DNA of 63,348 nucleotides, the filler included, from Octopus bimaculoides (lineage: Eukaryota): the NCBI RefSeq assembly GCF_001194135.2. It is 4 parts of 4 records of this genome, joined end to end, with 100 filler letters (N's around TTAATTAATTAA, not from the genome) between each part and the next. Parts side by side here need not be neighbours in the genome. Positions count along the whole stretch, not along the records: positions 27,616 to 36,691 come from NC_068984.1; positions 36,792 to 63,348 come from NC_068996.1; 2 more parts are not named here. One strand, 5' to 3'. Below are positions 36,339 through 48,513 of this stretch, in pieces. A program made the position numbers and the translations under genes. The notes under the pieces are model-generated. The model had not been told where the DNA came from and made no database searches. It saw nothing but the letters and a program-made list of their open reading frames with translations. Positions within the stretch are counted from its first letter, which is position 1; every line of letters starts with the position of its first letter.

Positions 36339-36417
36339 TATTATGGTATCAAAATTTTCGTCGCTCGAAACTGAACAGGTCATAGTTTCGAGCGACGAAA
36401 ATTTTGACACCATAATA
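36339..36417. repeat. 79-bp near-perfect hairpin
   Basis: 34-bp arms with 1 mismatch, 11-nt loop, TA at both ends. Confidence 0.95.
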
Positions 36418-38394
36418 AAAGTAAATGTTGAAGTGAAGTTGACAGTCTTTGTGTGTTTCTGAATAGCAGTCGCTTTAGTTTTAGCACACGATCTCAGATC
36501 AAAATACTTGCTATGCAACTACATTTCTGTAAACGAGTTGCCTATACGGTTAAGCGCTTTATAGGTGCGAAACCAACAGTCACTCTCTAACCGATCATAA
36601 CAAACAGCCTTTTAAATATTACTACTCCAATATTTTAGAATGTGCTTCTTTTCGAATAAATGAACTACTGACCGATATATATATATATATANNNNNNNNN
36701 NNNNNNNNNNNNNNNNNNNNNNNNNNNNNNNNNNNTTAATTAATTAANNNNNNNNNNNNNNNNNNNNNNNNNNNNNNNNNNNNNNNNNNNNAGATTACAA
36801 TTTCTTTTCTTTTCTTCCACCAATAGACTACGCGTGTGTTACTTCGGCATCATCACTCCGATAAAATGTGTTTAATGGAAAAAATATTGAAAAAACATCA
36901 ATACATGTGAGAGTGAAAAGGGAGGGTGATTTGGGTTGTGTTAGAAACAACAGCAAAACCTCCCTTGAATTTTCACCTTTTCCTATGAAAATATTTACAA
37001 TTTGTTTTTTTCTTTTACCGAAAGGTTCCTCCCGTGGTTTCTAAGTTAAAAAAGGAAATTGGCGAAAATCGGTCCGGATAGTTATTATTGTAAGGCTTAT
37101 AGCGTTCCAAACAGCCATAACAATAAAATCACTTTAATTTTTTTTTTTACAAAATATATACGGGTGTTTTAAAAAATCTTCATTCAATAAATAATCTTTT
37201 TGCATTACGAATACATTAATAGAATAAACTGTCGATTTTCCAAATAGCGAATTATAACTTGAAATGGAAATATTAAAAGAGAAACTGAGAGACTTTGCAA
37301 ATGAAAATGAAATACTCCACAATGAATGCAATGAATATTTAAATTTGTGAAGAATTGGAAGCAGTGAATGCAATGAATATTTAAATTTGCGAGAAATTGG
37401 AGTTAAAAAATTCAATAAACTTGAGAAATTGAAATTACAGGAAATTTTTTAGGACATGAATTTATAAAAATATTTCCAGACTGTCAATCCTTTAATAATT
37501 GCTTTCTTTTAGTACTTTTAGTACTTTTAGTAATTGTTATATACCTAATTAATAAGCAGCTTTCTCCATTATAATATAGATGTGCCTAAGCATGTTCCAA
37601 AAATAACTGCTTCTAGTATTATAACTATTTAATTATATGCAATACTTTTCATTTATTTATGTGTATTGGACAACTTTTTCTTTATTCTCCTCCCACCTTT
37701 ACTCTTATACTTCTCCGTATTATCCAATGGTGATGGTAAAAGACAGTATGAAAGCATAAAAGAGCGAGATTTTGAAGGGATAACCAGTTATTTTTGATTT
37801 TATATTCGATATTTTAACTAATGTATAACCCCAGTCCCTAAATGTTTTTTGCTTTGCCCTTGTGCTATCCCCTCGGTGTCACGGCCTGTGATAATAAATA
37901 AATAAATAAAAGAAATTAGTTGTCTTTGATTTAATGTTCGTTTTTTTTTTTTACAACTTTAACACCCCTATAGCTACAAATGGTTAAACTTAATGGAAGA
38001 GTTCATACATAGGTTTTTCACCGTCATAAGTTTCTGCTTACGGAACATCTTAAATTTAAATTTGTAAAGGAACAAATGAGGTGTCATTTGAATTCAAGTA
38101 CAGTACTACCTCAATTTTTTATTGTCCACAAGGGGCTAAATATTGAGGTTTCACATTACAAAAACAATACAAAACATATAATCGGGGAAATAAAAAAAAA
38201 CCCAAAAGGGATCGAGCAAGGAATAAAAAGAACGAATGAGAATATGAAAAATGATAAAATGAGGCGCAATACCCACTCGATCCCCGAAGTTGAGTGGTTA
38301 CATTTAGACATTATTATGGACAGTTTTTTTCCTTTTTTAAAAATACAAGATGTTCATATCATATTTTATATATTTTAAAAAAGATTTTGTAACT

Positions 38395-39897
38395 CTTTAT
38401 GTTCTTTCTAAGCAGCACCACGACACCTTGGTTCAAAGATCTAGGTATACTCCCATTCTGCTGTTAGTTGCTGTAGACGCATGCTAGTAAGTGCCCAAAC
38501 AAGTCTGGCATACTTTGATATAGCTCGTAGGGTAGACCATCCAGTCTCGGGGGCTTGTCCCAGTCACAGGCCGATAAAGCCTCCTCCACTTCCACAGCTG
38601 TGATCGGTCCCTCACAGCACTCCGTCTTTTGCACTGAGAGGCGCTGTAGACCGGCGAGAATGTCTGTGAATATCTCTCCTTGTCCGGCCCTCCGCGTCAC
38701 CGAAAAGCAGGTGAAATTCCCGTGAAAGACCTTACACATCTCCCCGGGTTCGTTTACCGAACGCCCATTTGTGTCCGACAAAGACCTTACTGTGGCATCA
38801 TTGTCACGTTGTGCTTCTACCACACAGGCCCATCCGGCAGTGTGAATTCCTTCTTGTTCCATTGCACGTAACATAGCTCTGACAATGTAGCCCTCGTATT
38901 TGGCCTCTAGGTGTCGGTTGAGCGCCAATCTCGCGGCCAAAACTTGCGACGCATTGGCAGATTCCAATGCTTCCTTTAGTGCCTTAACTAGATCCCTTTC
39001 TATTCTATTTCTCTTAGCAACTATCTCTTTACTAAATCCAACAGACTCAAATTTTATGGCTCTTTTGAGGGCATACCACCATTTCTTGTTAATAATGGAA
39101 CTGGATAATGCCCTCAACACTAACTGTCTAATCCGGCTCCTGTACTCCTCACTAATCAAAATAAAGACTTGTTGAGTTTCCAGTAGTCAGGACCCTGTAT
39201 ACCTAATGTAGCCTACAGGTCACAAATTTGTGATCGCTGTAGATGACGTGATGAAATTGTGGACACTTAACTAAATCTTTATCTTTATTCCTAACAGTTA
39301 TCCTAAGTAAGATCTAGTCGACGTGTCGCTATTAGACCACTTCCACAGTGGAGCGTGCGAGAAGCCTAGGCTGTAGCGATTTGTTAGTCGAAAACGACTG
39401 AACAGCTTGCTGAGGCATGGGTTTCCCCCCCTATTTGAAATCGACCCCACACAGTCTACTCGCGCATCGCAAATTACATTGAAGCCTCCTAACCAAACTA
39501 GTGTGTGCCACGTTCTTAGAAAATTCTCTAGGCTTCTAAAATGGTCCTACTGTCCAGTACTAAAAGGAGCATAAACAGCCACTAGCCTGGTCTTACTACT
39601 GTTGCACATCACATCAAGGACCTCCAACCTGCCCTCTGGGTCTACAACGATTCTTCTTTCTTTAACGCCAAACCCTTCCCGAGTGGAATCATAACACCCA
39701 CCCGATGTTGACACGGAGAAGTGAATTTCTCACAGCCATTTGAGGAGGAATGAAAAAGCCCTTAATCCACTCAGTTTGGTTTCGGTAGTAACTACCAGAT
39801 CCAACTCGTGCGAACTGAAATTATTAAGGTGGCGATCTTGCTTCCATTCCGACCCCAGGCCGCGTACATTTAAATACGCTACGTTGAGAGAGAACAT
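38395..39897 (-). mobile_element. Tx1/L1-clade LINE ORF2 5' part (APE endonuclease, linker, start of RT), 3'-truncated
   Basis: MFSLNVAYLNVRGL..DLVVTTETKL, VDPEGRL..RLVAVYAP..LGGFNVICDARVDCVG, then CEGPITAVEV..DGLPYELY..PDLFGHLL. Confidence 0.85.
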
Positions 39898-40104
39898 AAC
39901 GGGTAATTACCACGGGTGGAGATGAGGTGGCAGTCCAATCTAATCCTTTATCCGGGCCTTACAGGGTAAGACCCTCAAAGGTCTGGGGAGTGGAGTCCTT
40001 TCTTAGGGAGCCAGAAGGGTCACACACACACACGCACACACACACACACACACACTCACACACACGCTCATACACACACGCACGCGCACACGTACACGCA
40101 CGCA

Positions 40105-40140
<36 letters not shown>

Positions 40141-40464
40141 AACATATATGTATATGATAGACATGCGTTGTATACATAATTCATATCACACAGGTTCACC
40201 AATATATGTCTTCACCTACATTAGTTTCTCAGTATTCATTGTCAATCTGTCCCGCTAATTATTTCAGTCATGATGCATTTGTTTTCTTTTTAGGTAAGCA
40301 ATAACTTTAGAGTTTAAACAAACAAACAAAAATTAATGAATAGGTAACTAAATAAATAAATAAATTGCAAACATACCTGTTTGTTTTTCCTTTAATATAA
40401 ACTCTCACGCTTCACTGAATGCTGTTCGCACATAATACGACTTTTACCAGTGTATATTATACGT

Positions 40465-40851
40465 GTGGAGGGGGCAATGGCCCAGTGGTTAGGGCAGCGG
40501 ACTCGCGGTCGTTCGATCGCGGTTTCGATTCCCAGACCGGGCGTTGTGAGTGTTTACTGAGCGAAAACACCTAAAAGCTCCACGAGGCTCCGGCAGGGGA
40601 TGGTGGCGAACCCTGCTGTACTCTTTCACCACAACTTTCTCTCACTCTTACTTCTTGTTTCTGTTGTACCTGTAATTCAAAGGGTCAACCTTGTCACACT
40701 CTGTGTCACGCTGAATCTCCCAGAGAACTACGTTAAGGGTATACGTGTCTGTGGAGTGCTCAGCCACTTGCACGTTAATTTGACGAGCAGGCTGTTCTGT
40801 TGATCGGATCAACTGGAACCCTCGTCGTCGTAACCGACGGAGTGCCAACTC
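40465..40851 (+). mobile_element. SINE family C, full length with TSD
   Basis: 12-bp TSD TATATTATACGT at 40453-40464 and 40852-40863. Confidence 0.92.
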
Positions 40852-41454
40852 TATATTATACGTAATGTGTTTGACAGACAAAATAGATCAGGAAGGCTTA
40901 AATGAAGATGTAGATCAATTTGTAAAATGTATTTATAGCAATATAGATACTTAATCTCAGATATATATATATATATATGTATGTGTGTGTATACAGACAC
41001 ACACACATATACACACTCACATACCCATACACACACAAACAAACACACATACACACACATATGTCTTTGCTTATCTGTATCTTGTTTTTCCGTCTTTCTT
41101 CTTTCAATCATTGGATTTGGTTATGCTGGGACACCCCTTGGTGAGATTAGTTACTTGGATGTAACACCATTAGATAACGTTAACGGTTTAAAGCAGAATT
41201 ATATACCATATACTGTCCTAATATTAACAGTTATATTAACTTTATTACATAGTATTACTTTTATTTCTAGTGAAGTATTCATATATATACAGCACCATTA
41301 CATAGCATTAATAGCCTTATTGAATACGACAATGCGTTGTGTTCTTGAGCAAAACAATTAATTTCGCATTACTCCAATCCACTCAGCAGACAAAAGAAAA
41401 AAAAAAAGTCCTGCAACTAACTGGCATCCCGTCCACTGTGGGGGGAAATATATA

Positions 41455-41674
41455 CATGAGGGGTTTCTGATAAAGTTCTTGGCTTTGAGTAAAAGAAAGG
41501 AGGAGGATCAGTTAATTATGATTTTAATCAACATATTCCCCTCTCAGATTCACACACTTTTTGCATCAGCCATTCAGGTTTTCTAAGCCCTGTATAAGGA
41601 CTCGGAAGTTTGGGCCTTCAACCAGGCTTTTCGCGAGACCCTTAATGCTAGGAAGTTTTCAGCACCCCCTTTTG
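41455..41674 (-). mobile_element. Mariner-derived MITE, second copy
   Basis: Reverse-complement similarity to 23971-24187. Confidence 0.78.
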
Positions 41675-41741
41675 TGTGTGCGCGCATGTATATATATATA
41701 TATGTATGTATGTATATATGTATGTGTGTGTGTGTGTGTGT

Positions 41742-41779
<38 letters not shown>

Positions 41780-42089
41780 TTGTGTATACGTGTGTGTATA
41801 TACACACAAACACGAGTGGGTGCTAGTCAACTTGTAGCCACTCTCGAGCATTTCTAGACGTCATCCCTTATTCAGTTTTCAAACAAACTGAATGCGGTTT
41901 CTTTAACAATGATGGTCCAACCCTTAGTTACATTTTGAAATTAAATAAGGGGAATTTTAAAATACCAAAAAAAAAAAAAAATTGGGTCAAAAATGGGAGA
42001 GTAAGCCGAAAAAGAAAATCTCTAAAACTGAGTGGTACATGTTTCAGAAATGTGGAATATTATAACACTTAAGATATATTTTGCAGCAT

Positions 42090-43075
42090 AAACAAAACAA
42101 CCATATTTAGCTCACAGTTAGATGAGTGCTCTTGAAAAGCAATGTTTGTTTCTTGCTTATGTTTGCTTCGCCAAAGATCGTCATTTGGTTCACTACCTGT
42201 TATTTGTAATACAAGGAGAAGCAGGTACAGAAGAGGAGTCAGTATTTCGGTTTTGAGCAATAGACGGAACACTAAAGATGGTAAATTGTCATCGTTGCTT
42301 CATCAGTTTATTGAAAATGCTGTAGCTAGTGTTTAGACACGTTACAAATAACCTGTGTGGTGGACTTAACAAATCATTGAACACTGTTATCACAACAGTA
42401 AATAAAACCAAAGCAAATGCTCTCAATTCCCTTCTGTTTCAACAGCTCTGTGTTGAGAATGATAAAGATTTTAAACTTTTGTTGTTGTATATAGAAGTTC
42501 GATGGATGATAATGGGAAACCGCCTGGAATATTCTATTCCCCTTTTTAAGTTGTTGAATTCTTGCAAGATTCTAATTCTGTTTTCTTGTGATAAACTAAG
42601 AAACATCAAGGACGACTAACAAAGCTCAGTGGAATTAATTTGCAACTGCAAGGAAATGAGCTTAAACTTCATCAATGTAAAACCAGCCCTCTCCAAGTTT
42701 CTGCCCAAGTTAAAGTTATTTAGATGGAGCACAAGCCGTCATCAGGTTTCAGAGCTTCTCTGAATTGGAGATGGAAAAGTGCATACCAGAATATGATATT
42801 CAAATATATTGTTTACACCTGGATGAGCTGTACAGAAACATGTCTAACAGACTTCAGGATATTTATCTTTGCTTAAAATACTAGTTTAGGTGATTGGTAG
42901 ATATTAGTAATGAGATAAGAAGAAAAGTAGTTCAGGCTAAAATGACCTCAGCTGAGGTCAAAGTTTAAAAATATCATATCAGGATTTTTGATTGCAAAAG
43001 GACATATCTGACTGCTACTCTGCACTATGGGACAAAGTGAAGATGTATGCCTCTCCAACATCATATTTACTCTGC
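42090..43075 (+). mobile_element. Decayed hAT (Charlie/Buster-like) transposase
   Basis: AIDGTLKMV, VNKTKANALNSLLFQQLCVENDKDFKLLLLYIEVRW, LWDKVK..PTSYL motifs. Confidence 0.85.
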
Positions 43076-44076
43076 ACGCATAACCGAAAGCAGGGTATTG
43101 CAATCGCTGGTTTCTCTGTGTATTTCAAAATGCTGGAAAACGGCTGAACTAATTTTCATTACATTTGGCAGAAACACTCATTGGGTAAGTGGCTCAAAAT
43201 GATGAAAATTTGGTTTGATTTTCATTAAAAAAATCGAACTTACAAATTTCCCGAAAGCAAGTGATCATATTATTTGGTTCACTTCCTCATATGAATCGAT
43301 CCTCGTCTGCGTGTTTATAGATCATGGTGGAGCTATGCGCGTAGACACGTGTACTTACGTACATACATACATATACGACTGTGTGTGTGCGTGTGTGCGT
43401 GTGTGTGTGTGTGTGCACTGATGGATTCAAGGATTTAGTTTATTTACAGTTTGTTTTTTTAATTTCACCGGAGAATAGATATCTCTAATGGTGATACGTA
43501 AAAAAAAAATTCCAATTCATTTCAAAAGGATGGGTAAGCAACACATTGTAAGCCAAACTATAATTTGCGAAGAAATTTATCTCCACGCAGGGTCTACATC
43601 GGCCCTCCGATGCCTTTTTTTTTTCATTTGTAGAGTGGGGCTTCGGTGCAGATACCTAGCTTGTTTATAAGCAAGGAAACAAACTGAAAATAACTGAATG
43701 CGGTGATGTAAGATTACCTCTCAGTGTCACTCATTTGATGTCGAAAAGCTGATATCCCTGCACAATGGTCATCCATCACCGGAAAAAAAATGAAAAAGAA
43801 AACAACGTAGTTACAAGTGATATGTAAATTTTCTCTTTTATGTTGTAAAATTAGCAAAATAATGGGTTAATTAAGTTAAGTTTTATTTGTGAAATATAGT
43901 TGTTTTGAATTTGCAGTAGAAAGTGATCCGTGTTTATGATGATATAGTGTGACCTGGAATCCAAGCGGGTGGCAGTCCGAAAAAGTTTGAGAATTGATCT
44001 AAGCGGAACACTTAACGAGTTAAATTCTTTGGTATTTTAAATTTCAGTGATTTTGTTATTTAATCCTTTTATAATA

Positions 44077-44637
44077 CGAGGGGGACTCAAAAAGTAATTC
44101 CATTTAGTTTAGGACAGGTATAATTACCAACACAGGAACATATATCTTACACCAAAATGAAGCTGGTCCTCTGTGGATCACATCCCTACTTTTCAACATA
44201 GTCACCGTTTCTCTCAATAGCAATACTCCACCTTTGAATGAGAGCATGTATCCCTACCCCGTAAAATTCTGTTGACTGTTCTTTGAGCCACTTCTTCACT
44301 ACAGTTTTCACTTCCTCGTCACTGGTCTATCATCGTCACTTGTCTATCATCTCTTCGGATCCATGAAAGAGGGTTTGAGAGGCAAACATTATTCCAGTGA
44401 CGGGGAAGTGAAAACTGTAGCGAAGAAGTGTCTCAAAGAACAGTCAACAGAATTTTACGGGGCAGGGATACATGCTTTCATTCGAAGGTGGAACATTGCT
44501 ATTGAGAGAAACGGTGACTATGTTGAGAAGTAGGAATGGGATCCACAGAGGACCAGCTTCATTTGGATGTATATGCTCCTGTGTTGGTAATTATACCTGT
44601 CCTAAACAAAATGGCATTACTTTTTGACTCACCCCCA
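44077..44637. mobile_element. Palindromic mariner derivative made of two inverted 3' ends
   Basis: TA on both sides; arms at 44077-44315 and 44394-44637 are reverse complements; right arm reads LFGSMKEGLRGKHYSSDGEVK..RWNIAIERNGDYVEK*. Confidence 0.9.
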
Positions 44638-44654
44638 TATAATTAGTTTTACGA

Positions 44655-44875
44655 GGAGGCGAGCTGGCAGAAACGTTAGCACGCCGGGGGAAATGTTCTG
44701 CGATATTTCGTCTGTCTTCACGTTCTGAGTTAAATTCCGCCGAGGTCGACTTTGCCTTTCATCCTTTCGGAGTCGATAGATTAAGTATTAATTGCGTGCT
44801 GAGGGTCAATCTAATCGACTGCTCCCACTCCCCAAAACTTTGGGAGCCTTGTGCCTAGAGTAGAAAAGAATATAA
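44655..44875 (+). mobile_element. SINE family A
   Basis: aggcgagctggcagaaacgttagc head, gtcgactttgcctttcatcc core. Confidence 0.88.
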
Positions 44876-45339
44876 TTGGTTTTACAGGATTTCCAGTTTA
44901 TAAGCGTCTTTAACTACACCCAAAAGTTCTGGGAATTTTTTCGGTTAGAGCCAGATCGTTTGTCTATTTAACTAGCTCCGTACGCTGTGAACAGATCATA
45001 CATGAATGGCACACAACTAGTGGCCATCGCATCCGATTAGGTATATTGCTAAGTGCTCGATATCTGGCAACTGGTTTACATGATCAAGCAATTATTGTTT
45101 ACTTGTCATAAAAGCATTGATAAATGTAGAGTAGTACTTTTACACCTTTTAAGATTTTATTAATCACCGCCGAAAGTTTATTCACCCAACAGTGGTCTAT
45201 ATGGACCGCTTTAAGAAACGACGATTTAGACTGTAACACAACTAAACAGGTATTCGGTATTATGTGTAGCAGACCGTACAGTCTAGTACAATATCTCTAC
45301 AATCAAACACTGTTGACTTTGTTAATCATCATAATATCT

Positions 45340-46700
45340 GGTTTGCGGTGTTCGGTTTCATAGTCACATTGTACCATAAAGTCCCATAAAATCTTGGCGT
45401 GGTCATTTTCTACAACATACCCCTCCACCCTGATATTTCCTTCCCATTCCCTATCAGGATGTTAAACTGTCCTACTATCTTTGCGTGGCATCCCTTAATC
45501 TTTTTTTTTTTATCGAATAGCCCTACACACTGTCTGGGCCCCGTGGTTTTCAATTGCTCATACGTTTACTTCTTTATCGAATTTTGTTCTCCGTAATTGT
45601 AATTTCTGAATAAGTGTTTCGGATATACGGTGGTTCTCTTCAGATCTTTCAACATTTCTGTTGTGCTTTCCCCTTTTATTCCAAATATTACCCCAAAACT
45701 TTTTACATTACTGTTCAATTGGGATTAACTCTTCTATTTCTAACCTTCCATTAATTTCCTGTTAGAATTTCTTTTGGTCTATCCTGAAGAGATTGTTTTG
45801 TCGGAATTGTTTAATTTGCAGCTCATACCTGGATACCTTAACTTTCTTTGAAATTACACTTTGTTTCAGTTCTTCAAATAGAACGAATGTTCCTGTGTTA
45901 AATTGTTTCCTCAGTCTATCATATTTCTGTTCCTTCCTAAATTCGTCTTAAATTTTTCACTTCGGTATTGAAATGTCTTTCACGAGTGTTTCAATGTTTT
46001 GCAACATTCGTCTTTTCCACCATGGCTCGGTGTGCTTTCGTTTGGTATTTCTTGTCGATTTGTTTGTGTCTACCCACCTTATTGTCTGCCACTATAATAC
46101 TTGCCACCTTGAGCAAATTAATGGCCTCAGTAAGGTTAGTTGTATGGATGTACTTCAGGACTTCATTCACTTTCAATGTCTCCTGCTTTAGGTTAAAATT
46201 ATCAGCCTTCCTTTGACTTCAGATATAATCATTGTCTTCTCTTATAAGTCTTACTATTGTCCTGCCGCGCAGTGTTTTTTTTTGTTCTCGTGTAGGTTTT
46301 CTTGTTTAAGCACGTTCAACAAGAGTGCATCGTAAGCAGTATCTTATGTTGCACATCTTCAAATCTTCCACTCTTGATATCAGGAACCCTTCTAATTAAC
46401 TCATACTCTAGATCCGTTCGGTCTTTCTTTCTTTCTAATCGCTCTAGCTTGATCGCATATTCTCTGTTTAGTTGTTTCAAATATTTCCCTTCCTTTCCAT
46501 TGTCTCAGCAACTTTCGTCTGTATCCTCTGGTAGGTCTTGTATTTTCAACAACAGTGTTACTCATTTACCTGTTTGCTTTAACTCAGTCTTGCTCTTTGA
46601 CTAGCAGACGCTGGTTGACGACTGAGCCCACCCTGCTACACAGCGGCACTTACCGGATGTGTCAACTTCACCATTGTTAGTTCCAGTATCATTCACGTCG
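45340..46700 (-). mobile_element. R4/Dong-like LINE, N-terminal ORF region, 3'-truncated (5' UTR may extend to about 47100)
   Basis: RGYRRKLLRQW..QRICDQARAIR, KVNEVLKYIHTTNLTEAINLLKVASIIVA, TTGPDSV*GY motifs. Confidence 0.7.
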
Positions 46701-47921
46701 TTATTTACTATATCTGTATTTCGTATCTTTCTCTCCAGTTTCAGGCATGTGTTTTAAGGTTTCACCTACCAGTGTATTCTTCATAACAGCATCCATAACG
46801 AGATCTCCCCCAACGATAAAGGACTTCTGTAATCCTGGTTAAATTTTGGAGTTTCTGTCTCTCAGGTATGTTGAACTCAAGACTAAATAGCTCCACCTTC
46901 CCATGAAGCATATGCTTGTTAGCCCATTGCCGGGACCCTCACCGGTGCACAGAGTAGACCTGGGAACAAATATGGTTAAAAAGTGGTTCCACACTGCTCA
47001 AAATCCTAGAAATTCCAAACTAGAACCCGACTATCAGACGCAGTTTAAACTCATATTCAAGACTATTCAGTTTAAAGTCACACCTCGGACTATTCTTATT
47101 CAGGTGACGTGTAAGGCGACGAACTGGGTGAATCGTTTATCAAGCCGGGCAAAATGCTTAGCGTATTTTGTCTGTCATTACGTTCTGGTTCCGACGAGGT
47201 CGACTTTGCCTTTCATCCTTTCAGGGTCGATAAATTGGATACCAGTTGAAGACTGGGGTCGATGTAATCGATTTACCTCCTCTCCACCAAATTTCAGGCC
47301 TTGTGCCTTTAGTACAAAGGACTATTATTATTATTAAGGCGAATTGGTGGAACCTTTAGCGCATCGAGCAAAACATTTACGACATTTTTGCAGGCTCTTT
47401 ATATTCTGAGTTAAAATATAATCGAGATCATCCTTTCTCGGCCGATAAAATAAAGGCCTAGCCGCCGAGGATGACTTTGTCTGTCATCCAACCGGCTTCG
47501 ATAAAATAGTTATCAGTTGAGTATTGCCAAAATTTGAAACTAATACACAGCGGCTACAAGTTATCCATGTAGTAGTCCTCTTGTTCTGTAAAAAAAAAAA
47601 AAAACGATAATAATTCGCATATATANNNNNNNNNNNNNNNNNNNNNNNNNNNNNNNNNNNNNNNNNNNNNNNNNNNNNNNNNNNNNNNNNNNNNNNNNNN
47701 NNNNNNNNNNNNNNNNNNNNNNNNNNNNNNNNNNNNNNNNNNNNNNNNNNNNNNNNNNNNNNNNNNNNNNNNNNNNNNNNNNNNNNNNNNNNNNNNNNNN
47801 NNNNNNNNNNNNNNNNNNNNNNNNNNNNNNNNNNNNNNNNNNNNNNNNNNNNNNNNNNNNNNNNNNNNNNNNNNNNNNNNNNNNNNNNNNNNNNNNNNNN
47901 NNNNNNNNNNGTGTGTGTGTG

Positions 47922-47952
<31 letters not shown>

Positions 47953-48059
47953 AACGGAAGTGCGATGGTGAACATTCAACCCCGAAAAGAAAAATCAAAC
48001 AGCGTTTCAACTCTGTGCGAGTATATGTGTGTATATGTGTGCGTGTTTGTATGTTTGAA

Positions 48060-48513
48060 CCAGCACCCTCTCGAGCTCAGTCACAGAGAATGGCATCTCA
48101 TACCTGTGAAAATGGTGTAGGATTTGTACACATCTCTTCCCTGACACATTGAAGCAATTATTCAAGCTAAGGAAGGCTACATGAAATATTAACGATGCAC
48201 TGTAACTTCTTGAAATGAATATTATGTAATAACTTTCCATTATAGACATATTTCTGTTTTAAAACACTCTATTTTGATTGATTTACGTGAGAAGGCCAAA
48301 AACCTTTGCACGGCCATTTTTGGTGGTCGTCTCGCATCTTCCCCTCTCATTCAGAAACCCTACTACTAAATATAACGATTATGTATGGAAATAACTCAAA
48401 CAGGGTCAATGTTTCATCTATCAAAAACGCAATGCGAAACATTCACTCAGAAGTTGGCAATTAATAGAAATTTACAATAATTTAAAATGGCCGAAGACTT
48501 TTGCACGGTACTG
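48060..48513 (+). mobile_element. Tc1-like 3' end with IR-DR-type terminal repeat
   Basis: HIEAIIQAKEGYMKY* C-terminus; end ...ttttgcacggtactg|TA; inner repeat at 48294-48316. Confidence 0.7.

Noticed and set aside
37200-37500. Possible hAT C-terminal remnant
   Set aside because: Similarity is too weak to support by eye.
41060-41156. Signal-peptide-like reading (FSVFLLSIIGFGYAGTPL) ending at a G|GTGAG donor on the plus strand
   Set aside because: No credible start codon or acceptor (upstream is a CA microsatellite) and no downstream exon found; CT-rich sequence gives hydrophobic translations by chance.
42069-42272. Minus-strand ORF resembling a secreted precursor (MFRLLLKTEILTPLLYLLLLVLQITG)
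   Set aside because: It is antisense to a clear hAT transposase relic.
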